From positions 1 to 45,281 of IMG/VR virus record IMGVR_UViG_3300044676_005977: DNA of 45,281 nt. One strand, given 5' to 3'. Both the position numbers and the translations under genes were made by a program. The stretch is from a virus (Duplodnaviria; Caudoviricetes). Below the pieces are notes generated by a model that was not told the origin of the DNA, ran no database searches, and worked only from the letters and a program-made list of their open reading frames with translations. The stretch's first letter is position 1, and every line of letters begins with the position of its first letter. This document shows, piece by piece, positions 26,066 through 35,340 of this stretch.

Positions 26066-26139
26066 AAGGGAGGGCAGGACTCGAACCTACATCTACTCCA
26101 GTGGCACTAGCGGTGTTCTGCCAATTGAACTGCCTCCCT
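26066..26139 (-). tRNA. Degenerate tRNA-like element, apparent anticodon GCC (Gly)
   Basis: Acceptor AGGGAGG/CCTCCCT, D-arm GTTC-AATTGGCA-GAAC and T-arm GTAGG-TTCGAGT-CCTGC are intact. The anticodon stem is imperfect, position 8 is C, and no CCA is encoded. Confidence 0.6.
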
Positions 26140-26159
26140 TCGCTCTTAGTTTCGCCATC

Positions 26160-26540
26160 TCACTGGCCGAGGGGGTCCCCTTTGCAGTTTTCCTTCGATT
26201 TGCAGGTGTTGCTCTCGTTTGGGCTTGAGCAGGATGTCCGACAAGTTTTAGTGGTTTTATTGAAAAGAATCTCGAACATCCGGTAAATTACAGGACGATG
26301 GTTCTCTTGGAAGTCCTCCACCACTCGGAGAGCGGCAAATTGCATCATTGCTTCTTTGAGTCTTGAATCCATACCCTCATCGTCGATTTTATGATCATCG
26401 ACGAGCTTGTCAAAATTGTCTGACACAGCATCTGCTGCGAGATCGAAAATCTTCTGTTCGAGTTCTTTTCGGACATCCTCATCCGGCCACAGGAGAGGAA
26501 CCTGATTTTCGAGGATTGCTGCTCTTTCTTGAAAGTCCAC
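26160..26540 (-). CDS. Hypothetical protein between the two polymerase halves
   Basis: 126 aa helical protein with a Cys-containing C-terminus; GTG start immediately after the exonuclease gene stop. Confidence 0.55.
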   Translation of the reverse strand: MDFQERAAILENQVPLLWPDEDVRKELEQKIFDLAADAVSDNFDKLVDDHKIDDEGMDSRLKEAMMQFAALRVVEDFQENHRPVIYRMFEILFNKTTKTCRTSCSSPNESNTCKSKENCKGDPLGQ

Positions 26541-26542
26541 AG

Positions 26543-27754
26543 TTAGGCTCCTTGCAGGTAGTTTGTTTTTTGCATTTGCCAGAGACCTACCTGATACTCC
26601 AGCAATGAGTCGAGTCCGTTGTACTCCAACAGATCGTGTAAAGAAACGTCTTGGGCGAGATTGTTGTACCCGTTTGTAGGTCCTTTTATCAGGCTCCCTA
26701 TCTTATCGTTATAAGTCCCAAAACCTAACACAACGTAGGCTTGAAACTTGATAGATGTCACCCCTGTCCGACAGTCCATCCAGTGAGCAGCGAGCATCGT
26801 GTCCCACAGCCAGTTACGTGTACGGGTCTTCAGTAGTCTGCGACCCCACTGCTCCTCAAACTTCATGTTCGTCGCTATCTTTTCCACAGGACTCCGCAGG
26901 AACTCCCGTGTGGCTCGCCTTGCTTCTCCGACCATCGGGTATGAGATTGTCTTCTTCCCATTGAAACAGATCGCACAGGACAGGATACGAGCCAGCGGAA
27001 GTCGAGGGTTGAGGCAGTTGGTCTCGTAGTCAAACGCAGCTACAGTTGCTTTTTTTGTGTAGTGTCGAATAGCCTTTGCAGCTTTGTTCGGATCCCGGAT
27101 GATTTCAATCTGAGACTTGTAGTCCACCTCTTCGGGCAGGGGTTGTCGGGACAGACTGATTGCTTTGTTAATGTGCTGACTGAGTAGTTTCTCCGAATAC
27201 TTCAGAGAGTAACCATTGTCTTTGAACCAGCGATTGTCGTAAGTCGGACAAATCCACGACCCCACTGTTCTGTCCGGGATGTTGAAACCCACCCACCTCT
27301 CCAGTTGACGGAAAGGGGACTGCCAACTGAAAGAGGTGACTGAGTTGGATGCGATTTGACCTAAGCTGATAATTACTTTTGGTTTGAGCCTGTCAATTGT
27401 GTTTTTCAGATGAGGCTTGCAATAGTCTGCATGTTTCTTTTGGACAACCCCTTTGTGTGGTTTGCAGATCACAGCCCCCGTGTACCAGCAATCCTGCATA
27501 GGGTCAATTCCCGAGCGAGACAGAGCGGACTCGATCTTGTTCTCGGAGTCCCACTCAGACCAGAAACTACCTTTGAAGTCTTCGACAGGAGTAGGGGAAG
27601 GCCCCACGATAAGGATGCCCTTTCGTCCCTCCCCTACTGGTTTCATAAAGGGGGTCTCACAGGTCTTGTGAAACTTGCACTTACCACAGAGAGGCAGGAT
27701 CCGGTCCTTCGATTTTTGAGTCATTTCTGACTTCTTGAAAAATCCAGTTTTCAT
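26543..27754 (-). CDS. Family-4 UDG-like domain fused to PolA-type 3'-5' exonuclease (SPO1-type polymerase N-terminal half)
   Basis: UDG-4 Fe-S pattern: CGKC, LIVGPSP..ED..G, AVICKP, IISLGQIA. Exonuclease: ExoI FDYET, TNMKFE, WDTMLAAH, ExoIII YNGLD. Likely start ATG 27754. Confidence 0.85.
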   Translation of the reverse strand: MKTGFFKKSEMTQKSKDRILPLCGKCKFHKTCETPFMKPVGEGRKGILIVGPSPTPVEDFKGSFWSEWDSENKIESALSRSGIDPMQDCWYTGAVICKPHKGVVQKKHADYCKPHLKNTIDRLKPKVIISLGQIASNSVTSFSWQSPFRQLERWVGFNIPDRTVGSWICPTYDNRWFKDNGYSLKYSEKLLSQHINKAISLSRQPLPEEVDYKSQIEIIRDPNKAAKAIRHYTKKATVAAFDYETNCLNPRLPLARILSCAICFNGKKTISYPMVGEARRATREFLRSPVEKIATNMKFEEQWGRRLLKTRTRNWLWDTMLAAHWMDCRTGVTSIKFQAYVVLGFGTYNDKIGSLIKGPTNGYNNLAQDVSLHDLLEYNGLDSLLEYQVGLWQMQKTNYLQGA

Positions 27755-27993
27755 AGTGTTCCTGCAATGAGCAATGTTATGGGTTGGACAAGCCAATTGG
27801 AGTCCATGTAGTTCGATCTGGGTTTGAGACAGGGTCGAAAAACACTACCCACCCCGTATGTGCAATCACCGATGGCCCATACCTCCCGTCGCTCCACTCC
27901 ATTCTCGTCTGTCAGTCTTCCTCTTTCGGCAACGTAGAATACATCCTTCTCTTTGAAAATAGTACCGTCTCTCAACTCGTTGAGTTTAACCAT
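27751..27993 (-). CDS. Hypothetical protein
   Basis: MVKLNELRDGTIF...; overlap-coupled to neighbours. Confidence 0.5.
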   Translation of the reverse strand: MVKLNELRDGTIFKEKDVFYVAERGRLTDENGVERREVWAIGDCTYGVGSVFRPCLKPRSNYMDSNWLVQPITLLIAGTL

Positions 27994-29038
27994 CTGTGTC
28001 GTCTCCTTGGTCTGCGACTTGTAAAGCGGAAACATAGGTGAGATTAGGAAGGGTCATTGTGATTGCTGAATCACTGATAAGGCACTTCGATGAGTTTGTC
28101 ACAATGTGCTTCAAAACATCTGAGGAGACTCGGAACCTCTTAAGATCCCCCTCGTACTTGATCCAGTAACCCTCGAACAAGGAACCGGAATGCCCGGTTG
28201 CTCTCATCTTGAAATTACCCCCTGTGTTGCCACCAACACTCACGTCAATTTGGTCGTCTTCGTTCTCGGAACAAAAGACATCCATTCTTTCACAAACTTC
28301 TTTGACTGACTTCGGGATGTTCAGATCGACCCCCTCTTTGTGTAAAAGGGGGTCGAGGTCTGGGTACTCCTCAGTGGATCGGTTGATGCGAGCACCATAA
28401 ATAGCACCCGTATCCGATTGGAAATACCACCAGTCCTTTGTTGCTCGTTGACCCACTGGGTTGATTTGAGCGACAGGAACTAAAGCCTCACCTTTGATCA
28501 GGAAGTCACCCACCTTGCTCAGTTTTGTATCTGCTCGACACAAGCTGAAAAGATTGCAGGACTCCATGTACTTGGGTGTGACATGCACCATCATTGTGAG
28601 GGGAGCTTCAATGTCTTTCCCCACACAATTCTTGACTCCCCGGATCATGTCCGGGAACCCGCGAGGTACTTTGTTGAACTTCTCTGGGAATTTGAAAGTC
28701 TCCACAGGAGCAATGATCTCTTCTTCAATGTTCATGCGGAGTCTGCTGTTGCCCCCAATGGACATCACAAAGACACCATTTTCAACGTAAGTGCTCATCT
28801 TGTCATCGTCATACTTGGATAGTATTTCGATTAGGGGTGTGGCTGAAATAGCCCCCTCCACCCCCAGATCGAGTTGTACTCGGCAGATCACATTCTCATT
28901 GCAGGAGTAGGCGTATCCTCCCTGAAATATGAACATGGAAGACTGAGGGACTGTGTCCCTCCTCTCCACCCCTGCCTTGATCGAATCGAGCTTCCGAAGC
29001 ACTTTCAACCGGCTCATCTTTCTGATGTTTTTCGGCAT
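27986..29038 (-). CDS. Probable sliding clamp (beta-clamp-like)
   Basis: 350 aa with a repeated alpha/beta pattern and a YPDL linker; co-occurs with a clamp loader. Assignment is partly contextual. Confidence 0.55.
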   Translation of the reverse strand: MPKNIRKMSRLKVLRKLDSIKAGVERRDTVPQSSMFIFQGGYAYSCNENVICRVQLDLGVEGAISATPLIEILSKYDDDKMSTYVENGVFVMSIGGNSRLRMNIEEEIIAPVETFKFPEKFNKVPRGFPDMIRGVKNCVGKDIEAPLTMMVHVTPKYMESCNLFSLCRADTKLSKVGDFLIKGEALVPVAQINPVGQRATKDWWYFQSDTGAIYGARINRSTEEYPDLDPLLHKEGVDLNIPKSVKEVCERMDVFCSENEDDQIDVSVGGNTGGNFKMRATGHSGSLFEGYWIKYEGDLKRFRVSSDVLKHIVTNSSKCLISDSAITMTLPNLTYVSALQVADQGDDTDG

Positions 29039-29041
29039 TGC

Positions 29042-29236
29042 TCAATCTTCTTTCTGTTGTTTGTTGGACCCTTCCTTTTGGATGAGGTCGAACACCTCCT
29101 CACGGTGGACGTCAATATCCTTCGGAGCGTCAATTCCAATCCGAACGGAATCCCCCCGAATGTCCAACACCATGATCTTGATCTTGCCGTTTGCAAGGAA
29201 AATTCGTTCAGCTTTTTTCCGCGACAGCACTAACAT
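29042..29236 (-). CDS. csrA: Carbon storage regulator CsrA/RsmA
   Basis: MLVLSRK..E.I, VRIGIDAP..IDVHREEV; GGAGG RBS before ATG 29236. Confidence 0.93.
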   Translation of the reverse strand: MLVLSRKKAERIFLANGKIKIMVLDIRGDSVRIGIDAPKDIDVHREEVFDLIQKEGSNKQQKED

Positions 29237-29630
29237 CTTCACCTCCGTTTTGGTTAGGGTCTACTAAAGAATAGTCACCGAGCTTACGATCCCAAGGAAG
29301 CAGGAAATCGAACTGTTCGGATTGTTTTTGGTTGTACATTGTGGACAGGAATATGCGAGGGTTGCGACCCATCACTTGAGAGATGTCCCCACTCTTTTGG
29401 AACATCAACACAGCCACGTCCGCTTCCTCGGGATTCGCCACGATGAGGCTTGTCCTCTTCATCAAAGTCAGGACCTGCATCATGATCAAAGCGAGGTAGT
29501 GATCGACGGGGTTGTGAGCATAGATTGAGATGACGTAATCTTTGGGCTGGGACGCACTGCTCACAATCTTAGCGATGTTGTGAATTTTGCCCGTCAGCTC
29601 TGCGTAATGCACTTCTCTTTTCTTCTTCAT
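29208..29630 (-). CDS. Hypothetical protein
   Basis: AAGGA RBS; first gene after the 29716-29744 promoter. Confidence 0.55.
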   Translation of the reverse strand: MKKKREVHYAELTGKIHNIAKIVSSASQPKDYVISIYAHNPVDHYLALIMMQVLTLMKRTSLIVANPEEADVAVLMFQKSGDISQVMGRNPRIFLSTMYNQKQSEQFDFLLPWDRKLGDYSLVDPNQNGGEDVSAVAEKS

Positions 29631-29715
29631 GTCTTTCCTTTAGAAAGTCGGGAGAGGGAGTTCAAAAGGGCAGAAAGTTCTCGACCTCCCCCGACCAATA
29701 AGACATGATTGTGTC

Positions 29716-29744
29716 ATATTAGGGGGATGGAACTTCCCTGTCAA
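29716..29744 (-). promoter_or_regulatory. Sigma70-type promoter TTGACA-N17-TAATAT
   Basis: Perfect -35, 17-bp spacer and TA...T -10, in the intergenic gap upstream of the csrA/clamp/polymerase genes. Confidence 0.7.
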
Positions 29745-29836
29745 TAAACAAAACACCCCGTACCGGAGTCGAACCGATGTTACCAGAACGAAAATCTGGG
29801 GTCCTACCACTAGACGAACGGGGCAGGGGAAGACTG

Positions 29837-30376
29837 TTAGTTGTGAATCCAATAGCCGCGAGGCGATTTGATCACTTCGATTTCCTTTAGTTCCCACAAC
29901 CGTCCCGGCACGAGTGTACCGAACGTGTTCTGGATAGACTGTTCGTCTTTTTCAGGGAATCGTTCTGCCAGTCTCCCGAGGACATCTTCTTTTTGTACAG
30001 GTTTCTCGGGAGTCCCCTCCCCCAGAAACTCGATAATGGACGCAACCACCGTTTGTTTGGATTTTTCGTCGCTTCCCATCTCACGGGATGGCTTTAGGCT
30101 TTCATTTGCTTTATCCTTCTTTTTTGTGGTATTACTTTTCTTTTTCGAGTTAGGTAGAGCACCACGGAGTTTGTATCTCAGTTTCTTCTTCTTGCAATCA
30201 AGCAACAGGCGAAAGATAGCTTCGAGCACTGCGTCATCTTTGATTTTCTCGTAGCTGCTCTTGCTGAATTTGATCGTTCGGATTGTTTTCTTGAGGTTCC
30301 GACTTGTCAATTCAGCGGGGCGGTCAACACCCAGCTTCAACAGGAGATTCAGAATATCTGCGACATCAAAACTCAT
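29837..30376 (-). CDS. Basic hypothetical protein, possible C-terminal winged-helix
   Basis: Lys-rich linker; C-terminal helix-helix-hairpin pattern ending RGYWIHN; GGAG RBS. Confidence 0.55.
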   Translation of the reverse strand: MSFDVADILNLLLKLGVDRPAELTSRNLKKTIRTIKFSKSSYEKIKDDAVLEAIFRLLLDCKKKKLRYKLRGALPNSKKKSNTTKKKDKANESLKPSREMGSDEKSKQTVVASIIEFLGEGTPEKPVQKEDVLGRLAERFPEKDEQSIQNTFGTLVPGRLWELKEIEVIKSPRGYWIHN

Positions 30377-30430
30377 TTTGCTGCTCCGTTCTTAGGTAGC
30401 ACTATATCGAAAGTAGGGTGAAAGGGTAAC

Positions 30431-30796
30431 TCAGAACTTGTAAAGGTAAGGTTTACCTCTCATTTGTCCGAGGTCTTTGAGAATTTGGTTCATCACCCCT
30501 TCGGGGTCGTAACTGAATCCCACAAGACCAGCCGTGATACATATTGCAGCATCCTCCACGTTCTTTTGATGGCACTCCATGAAAGCCTCGCGACCTATCT
30601 GTTTTCGTCCTTCTTCGTCTTCGTTGTTGTACTGTAGCTCCGCAGTCACACCTCCCAGCAAGTTCAGGGAGTCGAAGATCATGTCCAATGATTCTTCACA
30701 CATCTCTCCGGGAGCTTCCGTGTAAGTCGTCTGAAGCTGATCCTTCGTCATTTCGGCCCGATCATCCATACCCCAGTCCTCGTTTTGCTCGTTCAT
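30431..30796 (-). CDS. Hypothetical acidic protein
   Basis: GAGG RBS; follows the helicase directly. Confidence 0.55.
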   Translation of the reverse strand: MNEQNEDWGMDDRAEMTKDQLQTTYTEAPGEMCEESLDMIFDSLNLLGGVTAELQYNNEDEEGRKQIGREAFMECHQKNVEDAAICITAGLVGFSYDPEGVMNQILKDLGQMRGKPYLYKF

Positions 30797-30797
30797 C

Positions 30798-32201
30798 TTA
30801 TCCTCTTGCGTTCAAAATGGCAGGTTTGCACACATCCAGACAGGAAGCTGTATAGACTTCGTAATTCTCTGAATAGAACTCTTCCCGCGATGCGATTGTG
30901 TTCAATCGGTACACCCCGATTTCTTTCTCTTCCTCTGTCTGGTTCAGACCCATCATGAAGGTGACGTGAGCCAGTTTTCTCTTGTCCTCTGAGAAGTTTT
31001 GTCGTCGAATCAATCGACTTCCGTATGAATTTGCGTCCGCTTGTGTGGCTGTGATGACAAGGTTGTGGAATTCCTGTGACAAAGCTCTCAGCTTCTTCCA
31101 CGTCATATTGATTTGATCCCGAGTATCGGCTATCCCGGAAGGGGGAGCTAGGATGTCAGCGTAATCAATCACAACCACATCGGCAACCCACCCCTGTCTC
31201 GCCCAATTTTGCAGGATCGATCTCATTCCAGCAACAGATAAAGTGCTCGCGGGATGAGATGAGATCTTCAGTGGGTTTTTATTCCCCCTCACCTTTTTCT
31301 TGAGGATACGCTTCATCCTCTTCACAGCTTCGGCAGGTTCCAAGTAATCCGAGAACTCTCTCGGCTCCCACTTCATTTTGGGCAGGTCTCCCTTCTCCTC
31401 CGGCATTTCCATTGAAACAGGGTACTTGATCGTCTTCGGCTTGTAGGGGCGGTTAGCCGCTCGCTGAGAGAACCTCATGATGACTTGGTTCTGGGACATA
31501 TCCCCCACTGAAAAGAATGCCACTTTACGGCTCTGGAGGACCGCTCTCCACGCGAGATCGATCAGCCAAAAGGACTTTCCTCTTTTCTCGGGAGCAATCA
31601 GAGACACAAAGGCGTCCCGGCAGAGGTTGTCCCCAAAGAACAGAGTGCTCCCAAGTTCTCCGGGCATTGTGATTAGACTTTCAGACGTAGTGTTAAAAGC
31701 CTCCTCGATAGCAGATGAATCGTGGAACAGGTCGACCCCTGATGACTCGGATACATCCACTGTTTGGAACGTAGAGATCCGTGAGAGAGCTGTTGTGTAA
31801 TCCTGATCCGAGCAATCGTTTTTGATCTCTTCGGTCAGTCTTATCAGAGCGGTGTCTTTAAGAAACTTGTCGATCTCATCAAGGACAAACTGATCATTCT
31901 GAATGTCATTCTCGTACTCCTCAGATAGATCAACAAGGATGTTCTCGACATCTTCAACGAGGTTCTTGTTCTTAGAGGTCTCAGCCCACTTCTCGAACTT
32001 GACTTCGATGTTTTCTCGAATAGGTTCTGAGTAGTGCTGATAGTATGCGATGGACCACTTCGCCACTAAGTCGGCAGCGGGGTTGTTGAAAGAATCTTTC
32101 TGGATCTTGTCGGCAACTCTCGCACAGATATTCCCGCTCGTGATCAGAGCGATAAGTACCTGACGTTCCGATGTTCCGTTATATGTTGTCACTGTTCCCA
32201 T
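30798..32201 (-). CDS. DnaB-like (SF4) replicative helicase
   Basis: ERQVLIALI N-terminus, Walker A APEKRGKS, VVVIDYADIL, VITATQA, FSEDKRK; ATG 32201 overlaps the MTase stop (TAATG). Confidence 0.85.
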   Translation of the reverse strand: MGTVTTYNGTSERQVLIALITSGNICARVADKIQKDSFNNPAADLVAKWSIAYYQHYSEPIRENIEVKFEKWAETSKNKNLVEDVENILVDLSEEYENDIQNDQFVLDEIDKFLKDTALIRLTEEIKNDCSDQDYTTALSRISTFQTVDVSESSGVDLFHDSSAIEEAFNTTSESLITMPGELGSTLFFGDNLCRDAFVSLIAPEKRGKSFWLIDLAWRAVLQSRKVAFFSVGDMSQNQVIMRFSQRAANRPYKPKTIKYPVSMEMPEEKGDLPKMKWEPREFSDYLEPAEAVKRMKRILKKKVRGNKNPLKISSHPASTLSVAGMRSILQNWARQGWVADVVVIDYADILAPPSGIADTRDQINMTWKKLRALSQEFHNLVITATQADANSYGSRLIRRQNFSEDKRKLAHVTFMMGLNQTEEEKEIGVYRLNTIASREEFYSENYEVYTASCLDVCKPAILNARG

Positions 32202-32695
32202 TAGGGGTGTCTTTCCACTATGTTTGTGATTAGTCCGTACTGAGAGAACTCTCCCAGAGATGTCACCCCCTTTATCCCTTTGGCAAACAGAACGACTCCG
32301 TCTTTCGCACACCCACAAAGCTCACCGTTGGGATACACGAACTGCTTTTTGTTTCGGAGGAATACCAGTCGTTGCATCTGGGGCATAAAGTCCTGAAACC
32401 ACCCAGAGGCTGTGCGACCCCAGCAGCATCCCACTCCGTTCCCGTGCTCGACGAACTTCTCCAGCCAAGGCACTATGTCATTCCTTCCTCCGAATGGGGG
32501 ATTCATCCAGACAAGTCCCGACCATGCTGTCCTCAAACCACCGTCTCGCTGGGTCAGATGATTTTTGGCAGGGACAGCATAGCCGGGTAATTTCTTCCAC
32601 GCATAAGGATCGCACACATCCATATCGAATGTGAGGCCCATTGTCTTGAACCACCAAGCGGGGGAATATCTTTCGTCTTTTGGATAATCAACCAC
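32201..32695 (-). CDS. Phage DNA N6-adenine methyltransferase (Dam-like)
   Basis: DERYSP, FDMDVC, catalytic VWMNPPF, RTASGWFQ. Confidence 0.8.
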   Translation of the reverse strand: MVDYPKDERYSPAWWFKTMGLTFDMDVCDPYAWKKLPGYAVPAKNHLTQRDGGLRTAWSGLVWMNPPFGGRNDIVPWLEKFVEHGNGVGCCWGRTASGWFQDFMPQMQRLVFLRNKKQFVYPNGELCGCAKDGVVLFAKGIKGVTSLGEFSQYGLITNIVERHP

Positions 32696-32696
32696 T

Positions 32697-32957
32697 TCAC
32701 GACTTCCTTTTCTTTTCCAGAGGTTGCTGTCTCACCACTTTGATTTCAGGGATCCCCCACCACTGCTTCATGGAAACATTTCCCCCTATGTCATTTCCGA
32801 TCATCACTTCAACATAGTTGTCTTCTGAGACCATCGGGGTCTTCCCTGTCCCTTGTCCGTACAATCCCCGGTAAGGATTGTAGAAGACCATTCCCTCAAT
32901 GAACAATGACTTCTTGCTGACTTCGACCGCATCGATCAACTTCGTCTTCCATTTCAT
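32697..32957 (-). CDS. Hypothetical protein
   Basis: Likely start MKWKTKL, ATGA-coupled to the upstream gene. Confidence 0.5.
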   Translation of the reverse strand: MKWKTKLIDAVEVSKKSLFIEGMVFYNPYRGLYGQGTGKTPMVSEDNYVEVMIGNDIGGNVSMKQWWGIPEIKVVRQQPLEKKRKS

Positions 32958-34252
32958 CGTTTCCATCTCACTTTCCGGTCGGTGTACCCTTTCAGTTTCA
33001 TTTCAACCCAGTCGCAGAACTTGTCAGACTTCCACTTGCATCTCAAAGTAGTCGCTTCTTTCGACCACTGATCCCAGTTGGCGTAACGATCCAACCAGTA
33101 ACGGAACCAAGTGTGTGCAAAGTCAGTGGGACCGGCCCAAGTGTTCTCAATTGCTTTCTCAAAACCGGGCAGCTCCTCCTTCAGTTTTTCGTAATTCTCC
33201 AGAGCCTCTTCGACAAACGGGATCAGGTCTTCATCATAGATCGGATTCTCAGTTGTCTGTAGTCTCTTCAGAACTCTTTTTGCGTTTTTGCTGGAGGAAT
33301 TCCCAGACTTCTTCAAAGTGGTCCCAGATGCGGTTGAATCGGAGGGGTGTTCTCCGTTGTTCCTCTCGTAAGCCAGAACTATGTCGTCGAACTTCTTCCG
33401 AAACTTCTCCGCTGTTGGGGCTGACGGGATGAACTTGTTCGTCTGAACTCTCACATACCACTTCAGCACTTTCTTGATTGTCTTCTTCGGGACTCCGTCC
33501 ACTTCGTGCAACTTGCGGAAATGCTGGTCCCACGTTGACACTTTCGCCCCCCGAGCCGATTTGATGCGATGAGGCAGGGAAGTGTAAAGAACTGTTGAAC
33601 ACTTTTGGAAAAAGTGGGCTGAAGTTGCCGGAGTGCCATTGGTCAACCCCTTGGAGAGTCCATTCAGAGGGGACAGATTCTTTGTGGGGGTCGTCGATGA
33701 TGAGGAAGTAAGTGAGGAAGTCCCTGTCATTGACGTACTTTCTGAAGGTTGATTTTCGTCCCCCGAGTCTGATTGTGCGGTATGGTCTTGTGAAGAAGAG
33801 TTCGACCCAGTTGAAGAGTTGTTTTTGTCCTTTGAGGGGGAGGTGCTTTGGTTCTCGTTCGAGGTCGATTGGTCGGCATCCTTCTTGCTGTACCATGTTT
33901 GATCCCCGGTGTCCTTTGTGTACTTCTGTTTGTAGTAGTCCAGATCTGTGGAAGGATCGATATCAAACGACTCCCACGCTATGTATATCTCTCTTTGGGT
34001 CAGATTCTTAACCCGGTTTTTCCGCAGAAAACCTTTGTCCACTAGCTTCTGGATGTTCTTTTCAATCGTCCGAGGACTGGCCCCGATCTTCTCGGCAATC
34101 GATTTGTTACGAGCATAGCAGGGTTTATCTCGGATCGAGAACTGCCAGATGTATGACAGTATCAGACAGTCCGTCAGAGTGATAGTTTTATTTTGGACGT
34201 ACTGGATGAAGTGATCGATAACATATAAGCTGACGTTGATTTGTTTACTCAT
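32954..34252 (-). CDS. Replication initiator-like protein (N-terminal winged HTH, Ser/Thr linker, C-terminal domain)
   Basis: CYARNKSIAEKIGASPRTIEKNIQKLVDKGFL; IKKVLKWY...TAEKFRKKFD; located between primase and helicase. Confidence 0.65.
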   Translation of the reverse strand: MSKQINVSLYVIDHFIQYVQNKTITLTDCLILSYIWQFSIRDKPCYARNKSIAEKIGASPRTIEKNIQKLVDKGFLRKNRVKNLTQREIYIAWESFDIDPSTDLDYYKQKYTKDTGDQTWYSKKDADQSTSNENQSTSPSKDKNNSSTGSNSSSQDHTAQSDSGDENQPSESTSMTGTSSLTSSSSTTPTKNLSPLNGLSKGLTNGTPATSAHFFQKCSTVLYTSLPHRIKSARGAKVSTWDQHFRKLHEVDGVPKKTIKKVLKWYVRVQTNKFIPSAPTAEKFRKKFDDIVLAYERNNGEHPSDSTASGTTLKKSGNSSSKNAKRVLKRLQTTENPIYDEDLIPFVEEALENYEKLKEELPGFEKAIENTWAGPTDFAHTWFRYWLDRYANWDQWSKEATTLRCKWKSDKFCDWVEMKLKGYTDRKVRWKR

Positions 34253-34691
34253 AGGACTGACCTCTCTCATAATCTTCGATAAGGTCCATCGCTGGTTTGT
34301 CACCGAACTTGTCAATCAGTTTATCCAGTCGAGCACAGTTCACGCCGATCCATCGGACTCCCTGAGAATCGAGGTGGAATCCTACTATCCCCTTGCTGCA
34401 CATCCACACCAAATCGGCCTCAAGTTTCTCCTCGGAGTCGTACTTCAACATGTAACGAATCCACTCGTTCGATGCTCGGAACCCTTTAGGCTCCAAATAC
34501 GACAAGAGCAGACACAAGAGCAAAAATCTCCGAGAGTTTATCTTTCCAGTCTGATAGAATCTCAGAGCGATGTCTTTGACCGTGAACATTTCACGAGACA
34601 TCGAGTAGTTGTAATCGATTTTATTCTGGAAGTGGGAGAAGGGGGTTCCCTCTACTGTCTCGTCCACCCAGTTCTTTTCATGTTCTATCAT
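34245..34691 (-). CDS. Hypothetical protein, possible winged HTH
   Basis: FLLLCLLLSY..KGFRASNEWI resembles the neighbouring initiator N-terminus. Confidence 0.5.
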   Translation of the reverse strand: MIEHEKNWVDETVEGTPFSHFQNKIDYNYSMSREMFTVKDIALRFYQTGKINSRRFLLLCLLLSYLEPKGFRASNEWIRYMLKYDSEEKLEADLVWMCSKGIVGFHLDSQGVRWIGVNCARLDKLIDKFGDKPAMDLIEDYERGQSYE

Positions 34692-35020
34692 TTGACAACC
34701 CCTGATTCTTTCATTTCTTTCACCAGCTTCGGGTTGAACTTGAACAGCCTTGTGCGGCCCCCTCGGACAACCACTTTCTTAGGTCCCTTTTCGATGTGTA
34801 TCTTTTTCTTCAGGTACTTGTACTCGACCAGCTTCTCCATCGAGTCGTCAACCGACTTCCGGGTCTTGTAACCCGTCTCCTTCATCACGGCATTCGTATC
34901 CACCATGTACCATCCGATCTCAGTGGGATGCTTCGCCCTCTGCCTCAGCATTGAGCGAAAGACCCATATCAATCTCGCGGGTACGAGTTCATACAGAAGG
35001 TCTTTCAATATTGCCATCAT
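34688..35020 (-). CDS. Winged-HTH DNA-binding protein
   Basis: VMKETGYKTRKSVDDSMEKLVEYKYLKK...RTRLFKFN. Confidence 0.55.
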   Translation of the reverse strand: MMAILKDLLYELVPARLIWVFRSMLRQRAKHPTEIGWYMVDTNAVMKETGYKTRKSVDDSMEKLVEYKYLKKKIHIEKGPKKVVVRGGRTRLFKFNPKLVKEMKESGVVK

Positions 35021-35340
35021 AGTTTCTCACGAAAAACTAATCGATTCAGACCTTTATGCCCATTAGGCTTGATCTGGATAATCTCCTGTTCCTCCAGTTT
35101 CTTCAGCTTCACTTTCAAAGCTGGGACTGCTACGTTGAACTGCTTCGCCAGAGCCCTCATTGATTGTATCACTGTGGGTTTCCCTAGTTTCATCTCCGTC
35201 TTCAGATACAAATAAAGAAGGAAGAAAAGTTCCTTGTCCGACATACGATGCTTTGACGCCAACGTGAGGAGACGGACCCCAATTACCACGGAGCCATCTT
35301 TCAGGAGTCTTGTACTTTGCTGGTCGCTCATAGGGTTCAT
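35017..35340 (-). CDS. Winged-HTH DNA-binding protein
   Basis: SMRALAKQFNVAVPALKVKLKKLEEQEIIQI. Confidence 0.6.
   Translation of the reverse strand: MNPMSDQQSTRLLKDGSVVIGVRLLTLASKHRMSDKELFFLLYLYLKTEMKLGKPTVIQSMRALAKQFNVAVPALKVKLKKLEEQEIIQIKPNGHKGLNRLVFREKL

Noticed and set aside
26050-26542. Self-splicing intron interrupting polA
   Set aside because: No group I/II core or homing endonuclease/maturase motifs were seen, and both halves have their own plausible starts and stops.
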